From Carcharhinus amblyrhynchos (taxonomy: Eukaryota), in NCBI GenBank assembly GCA_965287045.1, contig OZ336886.1:45818001-45882000 (forward strand): DNA of 64,000 nt, given 5' to 3'. Under the pieces are notes generated by a model that did not search any database, was not told where the DNA came from, and saw nothing but the letters and a program-made list of their open reading frames with translations. Of this stretch, positions 1 through 11,789 are shown one piece after another. Both the position numbers and the translations under genes were made by a program. The first letter of the stretch is position 1, and the number at the start of each line of letters is the position of its first letter.

Positions 1-280
1 TAGTATGAAAAAAATGCTGGGGTGGGTGGAAAGGCCAACTGCTTTATTTTACGAGACCTCTTCCTTTTCCGTTTCCAAATGCGCCAGTTGGGGGGGCTGT
101 AAAATTCAGCCCACAGTTTCTTCAGTATCCCAGTGACTTTTCTCCTGGGCTTTACTCGTGATAGTGTCCTGGAGATTAATATTTAAGTTCTGGGCAGTCT
201 AGGCCAATCCTGGAGCACTGGCAGCCCTATTCTTTCACTGTGATTATCCTCACCTCCCTCAATCTCCCCTTCCACTTCAT

Positions 281-623
281 GGGGAGCCGATGGCCTAATG
301 GTTTTATCGCTAGACTATTAATCCAGAAACTCAGCTAACGTTCTGAGGACCCGTGTTCGAATCCCACCATGGCAGATGGTGGAATTTGAATTCAATAGAA
401 AAATCTGAAATTAAGAATCTATTGATGACCATGAAACCATTGTCAATGGGTGAAAAAACCCATCTAGTTCACTTTAGGGAAGGAAATCTGCCTTCCTTAC
501 CTGGTCAGGCCTCCATCTGACTCCAGAGTCACAGCAATGTGGTTGATTCTTAACTACCCTGCAAGGGCAACTAAGGATGGGCAATTAACGCGACGCTCAT
601 CCTCACGAATGAATTAAAAAAAA
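281..623 (+). mobile_element. tRNA-derived SINE with probable Meta-type central domain, full length
   Basis: A-box-like TGGCCTAATGG and B-box-like GTTCGAATCCC; centre TTTAGGGAAGGAAATCTGCC..TGACTCCAG; tail GGATGGGCAA plus A-run; second copy at 7764. Confidence 0.75.
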
Positions 624-829
624 CTTAACATGACGTTTAAATCTAAACTTGGTAGTTCCCAATGGTTCCTCCACATTTAAGCACACTTTCATTCCTATTA
701 GTCATTCCCTGCACTATTGGGCCTTCATTCAGTTTTTTCAAAGGGAAGTGGGCTCAGAATGAGCAAACTGGCCAAGTGTTGGGATACCTTCCTTCTACTA
801 TTGGGCTAAAGTTGAGGTCAATGCAACAA

Positions 830-1060
830 AAAAGAAAACTGTGCAAGGTAATCGTAACTTTACATGTTGTCCAGAATCCTCCCACAACTAATCATATATG
901 ATCCGTTACTTTTGCTGCGTAGCCACTATTATGAAAGAAAACACAGAAAATCCATACATTTCTGTGCATGGCAAGATCCCACAAACAACACTGACGTGCA
1001 TGACCAGTTAATCGGCTTGTTTTGAAAGGGAGCAATGATACTCGGGATACCAGAGGGACT
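830..1060 (-). mobile_element. Deu-domain SINE (SacSINE1-like) fragment
   Basis: Reverse complement of the Deu motif GTTTGTGGGATCTTGC. Confidence 0.55.
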
Positions 1061-1068
1061 ATTGCCAA

Positions 1069-1450
1069 GGTGTAACCCAGTGGTTCACACTGCAGCCTCA
1101 CAGCGTCAGGGATCCGGGTTCAATTCTGGATTGGGTGACTGTGTGAAGTTTGCACATTCTCCCTATGTCTGTGTGGGTTTCCTTTGGATATTCCAGTTTC
1201 CTCCCACAGTACAAAGATGTGTAAGTTAGGCGGATTGGCCATGGTAAATTGTCCCTTATTTTCCAATGGTGTGTAGGTTAGGTGGATTGGCCATGGTAAA
1301 TTGTCCCTTAGCGTTCCAAGATGTGTAGGTTAGGGGATTTAGAGGCTAAATACATGGGGTTACGGGGAAGGGCCTGGGTGGGATGCTCCGCCTGAGAGTT
1401 GGTGCGGATGCAATGGGCCGAATGGCCTCCCTCTGCACTGTAGGGATTCT
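1069..1450 (+). mobile_element. HE1-like V-SINE with CR1-type tail and an internal 52-bp duplication
   Basis: tRNA head, V-domain TTTGCACATTCTCCC..TTTCCTCCCACAGT, tail GGGCCGAATGGCCT..CACTGTAGGGATTCTA. Confidence 0.9.
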
Positions 1451-1469
1451 ACCTCTTTTGAGGGCAGGA

Positions 1470-1572
1470 TCAAAACGTTCTGATAAAAAGGTCACTGACT
1501 GAAGCATTAACCCCTTCACTCACTCCACTGACGCTGCCTGAACTGCTGGAGCATTTTCTGTTTTTCATTCCG
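1470..1572 (+). mobile_element. Penelope-like terminal repeat remnant
   Basis: TCTGATAA..GGTCACTGACTGAA (decayed hammerhead core) followed by GACGCTGCCTGAACTGCTG..CATTTTCTGTTTT; related sequence at 55500. Confidence 0.5.
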
Positions 1573-2072
1573 GATATCATTTTAATGTTCCTCACCTCAT
1601 TCTATGATCGAACTCTCAAGTGCCATTTAATTTTCAAAATCACAAAATAAAGAAAGTGGTTTTGGGGAAGAGCTGAACAACAGGACTGCATTCTCATCAG
1701 AGAAACGACCTTCGGGAGTGGAGGGAAACACAGAGTGAACAATAATAAAACGGTTGTTATTCTGCAATCTGCATGAAGGCGAGCTGGGCTGTAAATTTGG
1801 AATGTGAGCACCCCCTCACTGGATCTGTGTTTGCTTTTTGTTCTCCTCTGTGTAGAGATGAGCCTGACATTTTCAAAGGATTGGGTACAACCTGTGCTGT
1901 TGAGGGAATTAAGTGGCGTGAATGCAGCAAAAGCAATTTCCAGCTCAAGTCTGTGGGACTCAAAGGATGGGATTTGTACCAGTGAGTGCTGGGAACAATG
2001 CCAAGGCTAGGGGGTCAGCGGGGGTCACTGGGGGTCAGCACCTTTCCCTGTAAAAGGAGGAGGAGGTAGGCG

Positions 2073-2082
2073 GGGGGGGGGG

Positions 2083-2125
<43 letters not shown>

Positions 2126-2140
2126 TGAGAGAGAGAGAGG
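2073..2140. repeat. Compound (G)n(GT)n(GA)n microsatellite
   Basis: Directly visible. Confidence 0.95.
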
Positions 2141-2650
2141 AATGGGTGGATTAATAGGAACATCCAAAGTCAGCTTTAGCTTGTGAGCGCCTCTCATCAA
2201 ATTGCTGTTGCTTTGAAGCTGGCTGCAGAGATGTGACAAACAGGAGCCCAGAACATGAAAGTAGAAAAGACTCAAGTTCATCTATAATGAGCTCAGCAGG
2301 AGAAGGTTTCACTGATCTCTCTAAGCATCACGCTTTCTCATTTCGCAACGGAGAGAAAAAACGTCCAGTGTTGCGAATCATTCCACAATCTGCAGGTAAG
2401 GGAAAAATCGTCAGAACAGGAGTCAGCTATTCAGCCCCTCAAGCCTGTTCCCTGATTCAATCAGGTCATGGCTATTTTGTACCTCAAATCCACTTACCCA
2501 CTTTCGATCCATATCCTGTACTCTCTTCATTAACAAAAAATCAATCAAAGCACTAAGTGCTTCCTGATCTCACTCGTAAAGAACTCAGCTCCAGTTGTAA
2601 GACTTTTGTTATGGATTATCCAACCAATGGAAGTAATTTATAGAATCATA

Positions 2651-3925
2651 CAATATTGCTGAAAAAGAGAAAGTTGGGTTGCTGAAGGTTTTCATCCTGC
2701 ACTCATTGGGACAAATGCAGGAATGCTAAATTTCAAATTATCGCAGCAATTTATACCAGAGGAGAAAAGGGCACTGATTGGTTGGCAAATTGACTCCGAT
2801 ACACCAAGGTGTAAGCATGGAGAAAGCAATGGGAAACAGACTGCCCAAATTCCTGGGTAATTCAGAGAAGATGAACATATTCCTTTTGTTTGCAAAGGAT
2901 GGGTGGGAATTTGTTTAAGGTTCTAACAGGCATAACTGAGCCACGTTCTGAACTTGACTGATTATCTTAAATTGATAGTGAGTACACTCAGGATTGTTCA
3001 ATAAGTGCTGCCCAATCACAGCATCACATCTGACAGTAGATGTTTTATTTTGGGTTTTACACGTGTGGGCTGGTTAAGTACGATCTGTACTCTATCACCA
3101 ACAATGGAAGGAGCAGGCTGTTTGATTCAATCCGTCAGTCCCTGGGATGTATGGCCTGTGTAACTAGTATCTGAAATTCATACATATTTCTCAATCATGT
3201 GGTAGACTGAAGGTCTTTGTGAACCAATGGCAACATCCTCTTAGTGGAAAAGACCATTCACATTGCCACTGTATAGAAACAGCGTGGAACATCTTTAAAA
3301 CCCATTGTTCACATTTTTGAGATACTTTGCCTTTCCAATACGATTTGAGGTCGATGGGCACTTTCAGTCCAAAAGTGTCAGCCTTTGACCCATTGGTGGG
3401 TTTGTGCACAACAATTTCATCAGGATAGCCACTGGCCTGCAGGGTAACTTTATCACACACTGGGGGAATTTTCACGTTGCGCCTGCCAGGGGAATCATAG
3501 CTGGAGACCATGCAAAAGTCCGTTGATGTTGGGATATTTTGATTTTGGGGCAAAGGTAGCCAGAAAATCTTGCCCTTTATTTCAACATCAAGCTTGCAAG
3601 ACGAATGAATGTCTAAACGCTCTATTTACAAGGTTGCAAATCAGACCAATCTTACAGTGCATGGAGTTACATGAATCCCAATGTGTTTATTGACTGGCGA
3701 AGGTGGGTATATGGTAGAAAGTAGTGGAAAATCAACTTTTCAACTGGCACATTGAGGAAACAGAGTGTGTTCCATCTCAAAAGTGAATTAATCAGTCCCC
3801 CTTTTCAGTAGCATGAATTCTTGTGAGCATTTGAAATTTGGCATTTTTGCATTTGTCCTGATGAGTGCAAGCCAAAAAGCTTCAGCAACATGTCTCTCCC
3901 AGCAATATCAAATTCTGCACTACCA
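2651..3925 (-). mobile_element. Degenerate Penelope-like retroelement (GIY-YIG remnant) with inverted terminal repeats
   Basis: Minus strand near 3110-3185 reads YEFQ..SYTGHTSQGLTD*IKQ (GIY-YIG-like); ~85-bp inverted repeats at 2651-2737 and 3831-3908; CTGATGA at 3858. Confidence 0.75.
3462..3575. mobile_element. Short MITE inserted in the Penelope element
   Basis: Ends GGGGGAATTTTC..GAAAATCTTGCCC; internal CCATGCAAAAGTCC shared with the 19342 copy. Confidence 0.55.
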
Positions 3926-3936
3926 GTGACAATCAC

Positions 3937-4370
3937 CATAGAACTATAAAAGACATAAGAGCAGAATTAGGCCATTCGGCCCATCGAGTCTGCTCCTCCA
4001 TTCAATCATGGCTGATATCTTTCTCATCCCTATTCTCCTGCCTTTTCCCCATAACCCCTGATCCCTTTATTAATCAAGAGCCTATCTATCTCTGTCTTAA
4101 AGACATTCAATAACTCTTCTGTGACAAAGAGTTCTACAGATTCACCACTCTCTGGCTGAAGAAATTCCTCCTCATCTCTGTTTTAAAGGATTGTCTCTTT
4201 AGCCTGAGGTTTTGCCCTCTGGTTCTAGTTTTTCCGACTAGCGGAAACATCCTCTCCATGTCCACTCTATCCAGGCCTTGCAGCATCCTGTAAGTTTTGA
4301 TAAAATCCCCCCTCATCCTTCTAAACACCAACGAGTACAGACCCAGAGTCCTCAACCGTCCCTCATATGA
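3937..4370 (-). mobile_element. CR1/HER1-type LINE 3' fragment
   Basis: ORF 4134-4355: LGLYSLVFRRMRGDFIKTY..RRNFFSQRVVNL; CR1 3' UTR. Confidence 0.92.
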
Positions 4371-4379
4371 TATTCAGGG

Positions 4380-4780
4380 GTCATTCTTCTCACAGAATAG
4401 TACAGCTTATAATGAGGGCACTCAGCCCAATGAGTCTGCTTTGGTTCTTCCCCATATCTCTGCAAGTTTTTCTCTTTCATGGATTTTTCCAATTCATTTC
4501 AAAAACTACTATTGAGTTTGTGTCTGCTACCCTGTCAGGCAATGTATTTCAAATCCTAGCTATGTGTGGTGTAAAATAGGTTTGTGTCATGTTCTTTTAC
4601 TTTAAATCTGTGTCCTCTGCTGTATTCTTCAGTCATTGAAAATGGTTTCTCTCTATTTATTCCAAATCTTTCACGTCTCTGAACATCTTTACCCAATCTT
4701 CTCTGCTCCAATGGGGAAAGACTCCAGCTTCTCCAGTTCACTCAGTCTAACTATAAACCCTCAACCCCTAAACTCAGAGA
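4380..4780 (-). mobile_element. Old CR1 3' fragment
   Basis: LEQRRL..SRGHRFKV remnant. Confidence 0.7.
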
Positions 4781-4861
4781 ACTCCTGTCTATAAATCTAC
4801 CAAGAGGATAGAGGCAAATCCAAACAAGTGGCAACTGAGACCTGGCAGCATGGAGCTGAAA

Positions 4862-5183
4862 ATTAAAGTTTTTTTAAAGTTTATTCATTAGTGTCACAAG
4901 TAAGCTGACATTAACACTGCAATTAAGTTACTATGAAAATCCCCCAGTCCCCGCACTTCAGTGCCTGTTCGAGTACGGTGAGGGAGAATTTAGCATGGCC
5001 AATTCACCTAACGAGCACATCTTTTGGACCATGGGAGGAAAGTGGAGCGCCCAGAGGAAACCCATGCAGACACGGGGACAGCATGCAGGCTCTGAAAAGA
5101 CGGCGATCAAAGCCGCGAATTGAACGCGGGTCTCTGGCGCTATGAGGCAGCAGTGCTAACTGCTTGTGCTGTTATGCCACCCC
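4862..5183 (-). mobile_element. V-SINE with alternative tail (type B)
   Basis: V-domain plus tail CTCCCTCA..GGGGATTTTCA..CTTGTGACACTAAT..AAACTT. Confidence 0.88.
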
Positions 5184-5966
5184 GTAAGTAGCAAGATTTA
5201 ATTGTCCCATCAAACAGCACGGCATGGATTCAGATGGCGTCGGTCATCAAATGTACACAATCTGGACAAATTGTTGAACGAATTGATAAAGTAACATAGT
5301 GAGCTCAGTTTACACAATAGGCTAAACATTTGGGTTAACTGAAAACAGATAACACCCGGGTTTACTGAAGCGGGGAATGAATGCAATGATGAGCCCCTCC
5401 CCTATCGAGTCCTTTAATCATTTTAAATAGTGATTCAATCTCCCTTTAACCTTCTACACTCAAAGGATGTCTTGGGGGAAATCTGCTTAGCAGGTACTTG
5501 TTACCAATTCTGCAAGATCGTGACTTCAATCTCGAGTCATTTACTGTAAGGCAGTGATTGGAATTTAGTAGGAATTCAGTGATGAGATGCCCAGCAACAA
5601 GCACACTGTGGCTCATGGTACCAGGAGTCGGGTGGGTTTTGATCCTATAATTATCTATAATTGCGAGTTCCCTCTCTCAGCCTTATCCCCTGTGATGCAG
5701 AGCGGAACAATGTCCGTGTGCTTCCTGGCAAATTGTAGAGACAAGTTACACAATGCAGTTCCAGTGTACATCCTGGAACAATGTTAATAAAGGCCTTGGA
5801 AGATGCCTCCAACCATGAGGTAATTAATTGTTCTGTTTGTTGCTTGGAAACAAACTTGAATAAAACCCATCACCACAAAATTGAATACCAACTAACCCTA
5901 AATCTACTCGGCTACCATTACACTGCAGCAAGCATTAAGGTAAACAGGGCAACAATAGGATAGAGA

Positions 5967-6250
5967 AGTTTTAAAGCTTATTTATTCATGTCACAAGTCG
6001 GCTTACATTAACACGGCAATGAAAATGCTGTGAAAATCCCCAAGTTCCCACACTCCAGCACTGATTCAGGTACACTGAGGGAGCATTTAGCATGGCCAAT
6101 GCACCTAACCAGCACGTCTTTCACACTGTGGGATGAAACCGGAGCACCCAGAGGAAGGCCACGCAGACACAGGGAGAAAGTGACCCAAGCCGGAAATCGA
6201 GCCTGGGTCCCTGGCAAGGTGAGGCAGCAGTGCTAACCACTGTGCCACCC
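5967..6250 (-). mobile_element. V-SINE type B
   Basis: Same head and tail as the 4862 copy. Confidence 0.88.
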
Positions 6251-6339
6251 CAACTCAAAAGGCATCTTCCATCCCCTACTCCACTCTCCCCCACATCACT
6301 GAGACACCATTACATGCCAACATCACGCCCTTAATAGAC

Positions 6340-6810
6340 CTTCATTTAAACAGCACCCTTAAAGTAGTAAGACATTGCAATGAGCTTCACAGGAGCATCA
6401 GCAAGCAAAGGAGGCAAAGTACGACTGTAAGGTCAGTTTTAAGGACCATCTTAAAGTGGAAATGGAAGGTGGAGAGTTTTAGGAGGGAATATCCAGAGCT
6501 TAGAGCCTAGGCAGCTGAAGGTAAGAGACACCAAATGATAAGATAATGGTAATGATTAATTGGCCATACTGAATTGACCCTAGAGTCAGAGGGATTAGCA
6601 GGGTAAATATGTGGAGTTATGAGAATAGGGCCTGGGTGGAATTGTGGTCAGTGCAAACTCAATGGGCTGCATGGCCTCCTTCTGCATTGTAGGGATTCTA
6701 TGATACTATGACATGGGAACTCCAGGATGCAGTGAGACCAGAATAGCAGGAAGGCAGAGATCAGGGAGGGCTGCAGGAGCGGAGGAAGCAGGTGGATTAG
6801 CAATGCACTT
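6340..6810 (-). mobile_element. L2 3' fragment interrupted by an HE1 3' piece (about 6555-6710, + strand)
   Basis: CCAGAGCTTAGAGCCTAGGCAGCTGAAGG L2 motif; HE1 tail GGGATTCTATG. Confidence 0.65.
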
Positions 6811-7489
6811 CTTACACGAGATGGACATCCCTCACCCTTCCAGGATGTCCTCACACGCCATCCACAGGCACACACACTTTCCGGTTCCCACAAACCCCGA
6901 GAAGAAAAACAAACAGAAGAATCTCCACGTCATATAAATCCACTGATACTCTGACCACTTCAACTTCCTTTCTCTTTCTGAACCATTTGTCAATGAATTG
7001 TTTACTGGGAACCACCTCCAGCCTCAATGTCCACCCAACATTAGCTCCAGACCTCGTGCAGCCATCAGAATTCTGATGCTGCTGAGCTGGGTGTTTGTTT
7101 AAAACCACCCTGTGCTCGGGATCTATACAAACCCAACTGGAACAATCCAAACCCTGTTTAGTCATTGGCGTGGAGCAACCCCAGGCACTGCCAGCAGAGA
7201 GATTTATCACCGCCCTAGAAAGATCTGCTGACCACTATTCTCATTATCAAGCAGATATTGCAGTCACACATCATGAAGTGGTTTCAGATTTTATAGGTTG
7301 ACATCCCAACTGGACGTCTGACTCTACCCTCCTCCGCTGGCCCCAGGCTCATCTGACACTTTCACGCTCTGCTTCACTCTTTCAGCCTCTTCACTTTGAT
7401 CAGCTTTGAGGAACCGTTGTGAGAAACCGGCATGAAAGGCTGTTCTGCTTGTTGATTAGCAACAGGACTGGCAGGTCAGTAGGTAACTA

Positions 7490-7760
7490 GATGCCACTCA
7501 TTTCTCAACTCTCACTCAGTCCCGCATCCCCCTCCCCCCGTGCTTGCATACCTACAATGCCTCCTGGTTCAGGATTTCTACATTTCCACCTTTGTTTCCA
7601 ACTCCCTCTGTAGCTTTGTCCACATCTCTCTGATCTTCACCAGCCCGTCAGGAGCTCTGAACTCCTCCAATTTTAAGTCCGGAATATCCGGACTTTCAAT
7701 CAATCAACTTTCACCACTCCACTTCCAGAATTCTGTCAGCATAATTTTGACTGGCAATGT
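7490..7760 (+). mobile_element. L2 fragment
   Basis: Similar to the L2 ORF end seen at 8420-8856 and 16845-17520. Confidence 0.5.
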
Positions 7761-7763
7761 TTA

Positions 7764-8114
7764 GTGGAGGCGATAGCCTAGTGGTATTATTGCCAAGCTA
7801 TTAATCCAGAAACTCAGCTAATGTTTTGGGAATCTGGGTTCGAATCCCGCCATGTCAGATGGTGGGAATTTGAATTCAATTAAAAAAAAATCTGGGATTG
7901 AGAATCGACGGATGACTATGAAACATTTGTCGATTATCATAAAAACCCTAATTCACTAATGTCCTTTAGGGGAGGAAGTCTGCTATACTTATCTGATCTG
8001 GCCTATATGTGACTCCAGAGCCATAGCAACTGCCGTCTAAAATGGCCGTGCAAGCCACTCAGTTTCAAGGGTAACTACGGATGGGCAACAAATGCTGGCC
8101 AGCCAGTGATGTCC
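7764..8114 (+). mobile_element. tRNA-derived SINE, Meta-type (second copy)
   Basis: Colinear with 281-623. Confidence 0.78.
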
Positions 8115-8415
8115 ATGGTGGCAAGAGGTTAGCACTGCTGCCTCACAGCGCCAGGGACCCGGGTTCGATTCCCTACTTGGGTCGCTGTATATGTTGAGTC
8201 TGCATGTTCTCTCTGAGTCTATCTGGGTTTCCCCCAGGTGCTCCAGTTTTCTCCCACAATCCGAAACATGTGCTGGTTAGGTGCATTGGCCATGCTAAAT
8301 TATCCCTTGGTGTACCCGAACAGGTGCCGGAGTGCAGCGACTGGGTATTTTCACTGTAACTTCAATGCAGTGTTAATGTAAGCCTACTTGTGGCACTAAG
8401 AAAAAGACTTATAAA
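8115..8415 (+). mobile_element. V-SINE type B inserted at the tail of the Meta-type SINE
   Basis: GGTTAGCACTGCTGCCTCACAGCGCCAGGGACCCGGGTTCGATT head; type B tail. Confidence 0.88.
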
Positions 8416-8419
8416 AAAT

Positions 8420-8856
8420 ATCACCCGTGAGCACAGTAACATTGGTTCCTAATCCATCAACACTTCAATTTTAAAATTCTCACCCTTGCTTCTAAATCTC
8501 TCCATGGCTTCCTGCCTCCAACTCCCTTTCTGCCTCTGGAACTTCCTTCAACTTCCTTCTCTGTCCTGCTACATTTCCGAGGTCATGCACTGTCCTGATT
8601 TTAACCATGAAACCTTTGGTGACTCTGCCTTAAGGTGCATTGTCCTAATCTCGTTAAATCCCTTTTCACCTCCCTCTCCTCCGAAAAAATGCTGCTTAAA
8701 ACCCAACTCTTTAGACTAAGCCTTATGCCACCCATCCTCATATCTCCTTCTATGATGCAGCATCACATTTTGATTGACAGTGCTCTTCTGAAATGCCTTG
8801 AGACATTTTGTTACATAAAGGCACTATATAAATGCAAGTTGTCGATGGTGTTGTTG
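8420..8856 (+). mobile_element. L2 3' end
   Basis: Tail AAAGGCACTATATAAATGCAAGTTG..GTTGTTG. Confidence 0.75.
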
Positions 8857-9309
8857 TACCTTGGCCTACCTATCTAGATGGATCAACCTTTATGGGACAT
8901 TTTGATGACCAAAGGGACCTGGGTATCCTCGTTCATGAGTCACTAAAGCTTGCATGCAGGTGTAACAATCAATTAGGAAAGTACATTTTCTGGGTCTTTT
9001 GCCAGGAACATGAAGATGAGCGTGGCCTCTTGCAGCTTCCTTCCAAGAGGCAGTCAGACGCCACATCTCAGCAGCCCGGGGTTCCCAGATAACATCAGCT
9101 TGATTGAAGACTCCCATTAAAATAACCTTCCTGCTTCGCAGTCTCTTCATACAGCTCCTTGTTCTTCTGCTAACCTGGTGGTCTGCAGCAAACCCTCCCG
9201 GCGATAGCTTGGATTATATTTGCATTAGAGATGTCCAAACAGGACTAGTTCACTGCATTGCTGTCTGCCTCCGACACGACCAGCTTGTCAAGGGGAGATC
9301 AGTAGGATG

Positions 9310-9752
9310 GATGTTCTGATGAAATTTTAATAAACAAAGCCATTCATTTCCGAGGTAGGTCCAGTCACGAACTGCATTTGCAGCAGCAACTAGAATTGTT
9401 TTGGCAAAAGCAATTACCATCTAATAAAATGAGCAAGTGAATGGCTTTTTTTTTGCATGAAGATCTCATTCCACTTTAATATGCGATGAGGACATTTGTC
9501 CAGTATATGATTCTTCCTCATTATCCGCTTGCGTTAGATTTCAATCTATTGCTGAATAATTGCTACTTAAAACCAACATAATTGACATTGTTTCACAAGC
9601 TAATCCTTCAAAAGCTGTAAATGGAACTGTACGGATCTGTTGACTGCATTCGTGTAAATGGATTGTTTTATGTTGTAAGATGTATTGGAGCTGAAACGTG
9701 TTGTTATATTCCCTGTTCATACTGGCACCGGCACAGTTATTTGATAATCAGC
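9310..9752. promoter_or_regulatory. Candidate conserved non-coding element
   Basis: Repeat-free, AT-rich, no ORF, several TAAT/TGACA motifs; inference only. Confidence 0.35.
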
Positions 9753-9792
9753 CAGAGAACCACAGAATTCCTGCAGTGCAAAACAGGCTGTT

Positions 9793-10511
9793 AGAACATA
9801 AGAAATAGGAGCAGGAGTAGGCCATCTAGCCCTTCGAGCCTGCCCCGCCATTCAATAAGATCGTGGCTGATCTGCCGTGTCTCAGTTCCACATTCCCGCC
9901 CTCTCCCCATCACCCTTAATCCCCTTGCCTATCAAAAACCTATCAACCCGCGTCTTAAATGTATTTAGCGAGGCAGCCTCCACCACTTCAACGGGCAGAG
10001 AATTCCAGAGATTCACCACCCTTTGAGTGAAGAAGTTCCTCCTCAACTCCGTTCTAAACCGCCCCCCCTTTATCTTGAGGCTGTGCCCTCTAGTCCTACT
10101 GTCCTTTCTGAGCGGGAAGAGCCTCTCCACCTCTATCCTATCCATCCTATTCATCATCTTATATGTCTCAATGAGATCTCCCCTCATTCTTCTAAACTCT
10201 AACGAGAACAAGCCTAGTTTATTCAGCCTTTCCTCATAGTTCAACCCCCTCAACTCCAGTATCAGCCTAGTAAACCTCCTCTGCACTCCCTCCAAGGCCA
10301 AAATATCCTTGCGTAAGTACGGCGCCCAAAACTGCACACAGTACTCCAGCTGCGGCCTCACCAGTGCCCTATACAGTTGCAGCAAGACCTCCCTACTTTT
10401 ATATTCAATCCCCCTCGCTATGAAGGCCAGCATCCCATTCGCCTTCCTGACCACCTGCTGCACCTGCAGGCTGGGTTTTTGCGACTCATGCACAAGGACC
10501 CCGAGGTCCCT
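9793..10511 (-). mobile_element. Young 5'-truncated CR1 LINE (open RT C-terminal frame) inserted into an HE1 SINE
   Basis: ORF 9882-10634: RDLGVLV..KANGMLAFI..LYRALVRPQLEYCVQFW..RRMRGDLIETYK..QRVVNLWNSLP; TTCTTATG tail; host SINE pieces at 9757-9792 and 10538-10697. Confidence 0.96.
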
Positions 10512-10699
10512 CAAGTCTGTTCTGCCAGTCTGTTCAGTGTTCAGCCCATCAAGTCTGTACCGATTCTTCCAAAAAAAGCATCCCGCCCACACCCTGCTCC
10601 CTGCCCTATCCCCATTAGCCTGCACATTTATCAAGGCTAATTCCCTTAACCCACACTTCCTTGGACACTAAGGGGCAATTTAGTATGGCAATCCACCCA

Positions 10700-10910
10700 G
10701 GGGGTGTTGACGGTCTGGAATGCGCAGCCTGGGAGGGTGGTAGAGGTGGGATGCCTCACATCCTTTGAAAAGTGCCTGGATGAGCACTCGGCACTCCATA
10801 ACATTCGGGACTACGGGCCAAGTGCTGGCAGATGGGATTAAGTGCGAGTTCAGGTGTCGATGCGGACTCAGTGGGCTGAAGGGCCTCTTCTGCACTGTAT
10901 GATTCTTTGA
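10700..10910 (+). mobile_element. CR1 3' end
   Basis: CAGGGGGTG..TGGAATGCG..GGGCTGAAGGGCCT..CACTGTATGATTCT. Confidence 0.8.
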
Positions 10911-10914
10911 TCAT

Positions 10915-11218
10915 CTAAAAGATGCACTGTAGCACTTTTCATGGTTCCTTCAACAGCACCTTCCAACTCATAACTCCACCACCTAGAAGGTCAAAAGCAA
11001 CAGATGCATGGAAATACCTCCAGCTAGGATCCAAATTGCCATTCCTTCATTGTCACTAGGCTAAAACCCTGTAAATCCCTTCCACTCAGCAATATAGGTG
11101 CAAATATGTCCCGTGGACTGCAATGGTTCAAGAAGGCAGCTCACCATCAGGGCAATTAGGGACGGGCAATAAATGCTGACCTTGTCAGTGATGCTCACAT
11201 CCGATGGGCAAACTAAAA
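10915..11218 (+). mobile_element. 3' end of a second CR1-group LINE (family B)
   Basis: GGACTGCAATGGTTCAAGAAGGCAGCTCACC..GGGCAATAAATGCTG; same family as 30530 and 57950. Confidence 0.75.
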
Positions 11219-11789
11219 ATTAGAAATTGTGGACTAAGGGAAGATCCACTAATGTAAACATTATAAATGGATTAGTTAAGTGGGCTTTGAGAGAGAGTGT
11301 GGGATTTATCATCTTTACAACAGGCCTCAACTCAGAGTACGGAGGAGGCTCGCAAACGATAATTCTCTACGGCTGGACGGGTGCGTGAAAATATTCCCTC
11401 TGTGATATATCTAACAAAACTGTCATTCACCATTGCTAACAGGTGAACAATTTCATTACAGCAGAGGGAATCCTCAGTTTTGATAGACTCCCAAATTGAA
11501 CTTGGTGTTCTGGGGAATGGAGTTTTCTGGTGTGTTTTGCTGAGTAGAGAACATTATCCTTAAAAAAAAATCAATAAAACCAATACTACTACGCCTTCAT
11601 TAAAACAGCATAGCTCTTTTCTATATTAAGACTGTGGCAACACTTCAAAAAATGTACCTCATTGCTGTAAAGTGCATTGAAATGTCCTGAGCTCACATAA
11701 GATGCTATTAAACTGCATATCTCCCCCCACCAGAGAGGAATTTGCATAAACATTCATCTGTGATCATTCGCAAAAGCCATTTCAACCCG

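Noticed and set aside
6836-6933. Minus-strand MTWRFFCLFFFSG.. signal-peptide-like frame ending at GG|gtgagg
   Set aside because: Poor Kozak context, hydrophobicity explained by a T-rich tract, no recognisable homology
9882-10634. 250-aa ORF as a functional gene
   Set aside because: Truncated CR1 ORF2; the N-terminal part comes from the host SINE and junction filler
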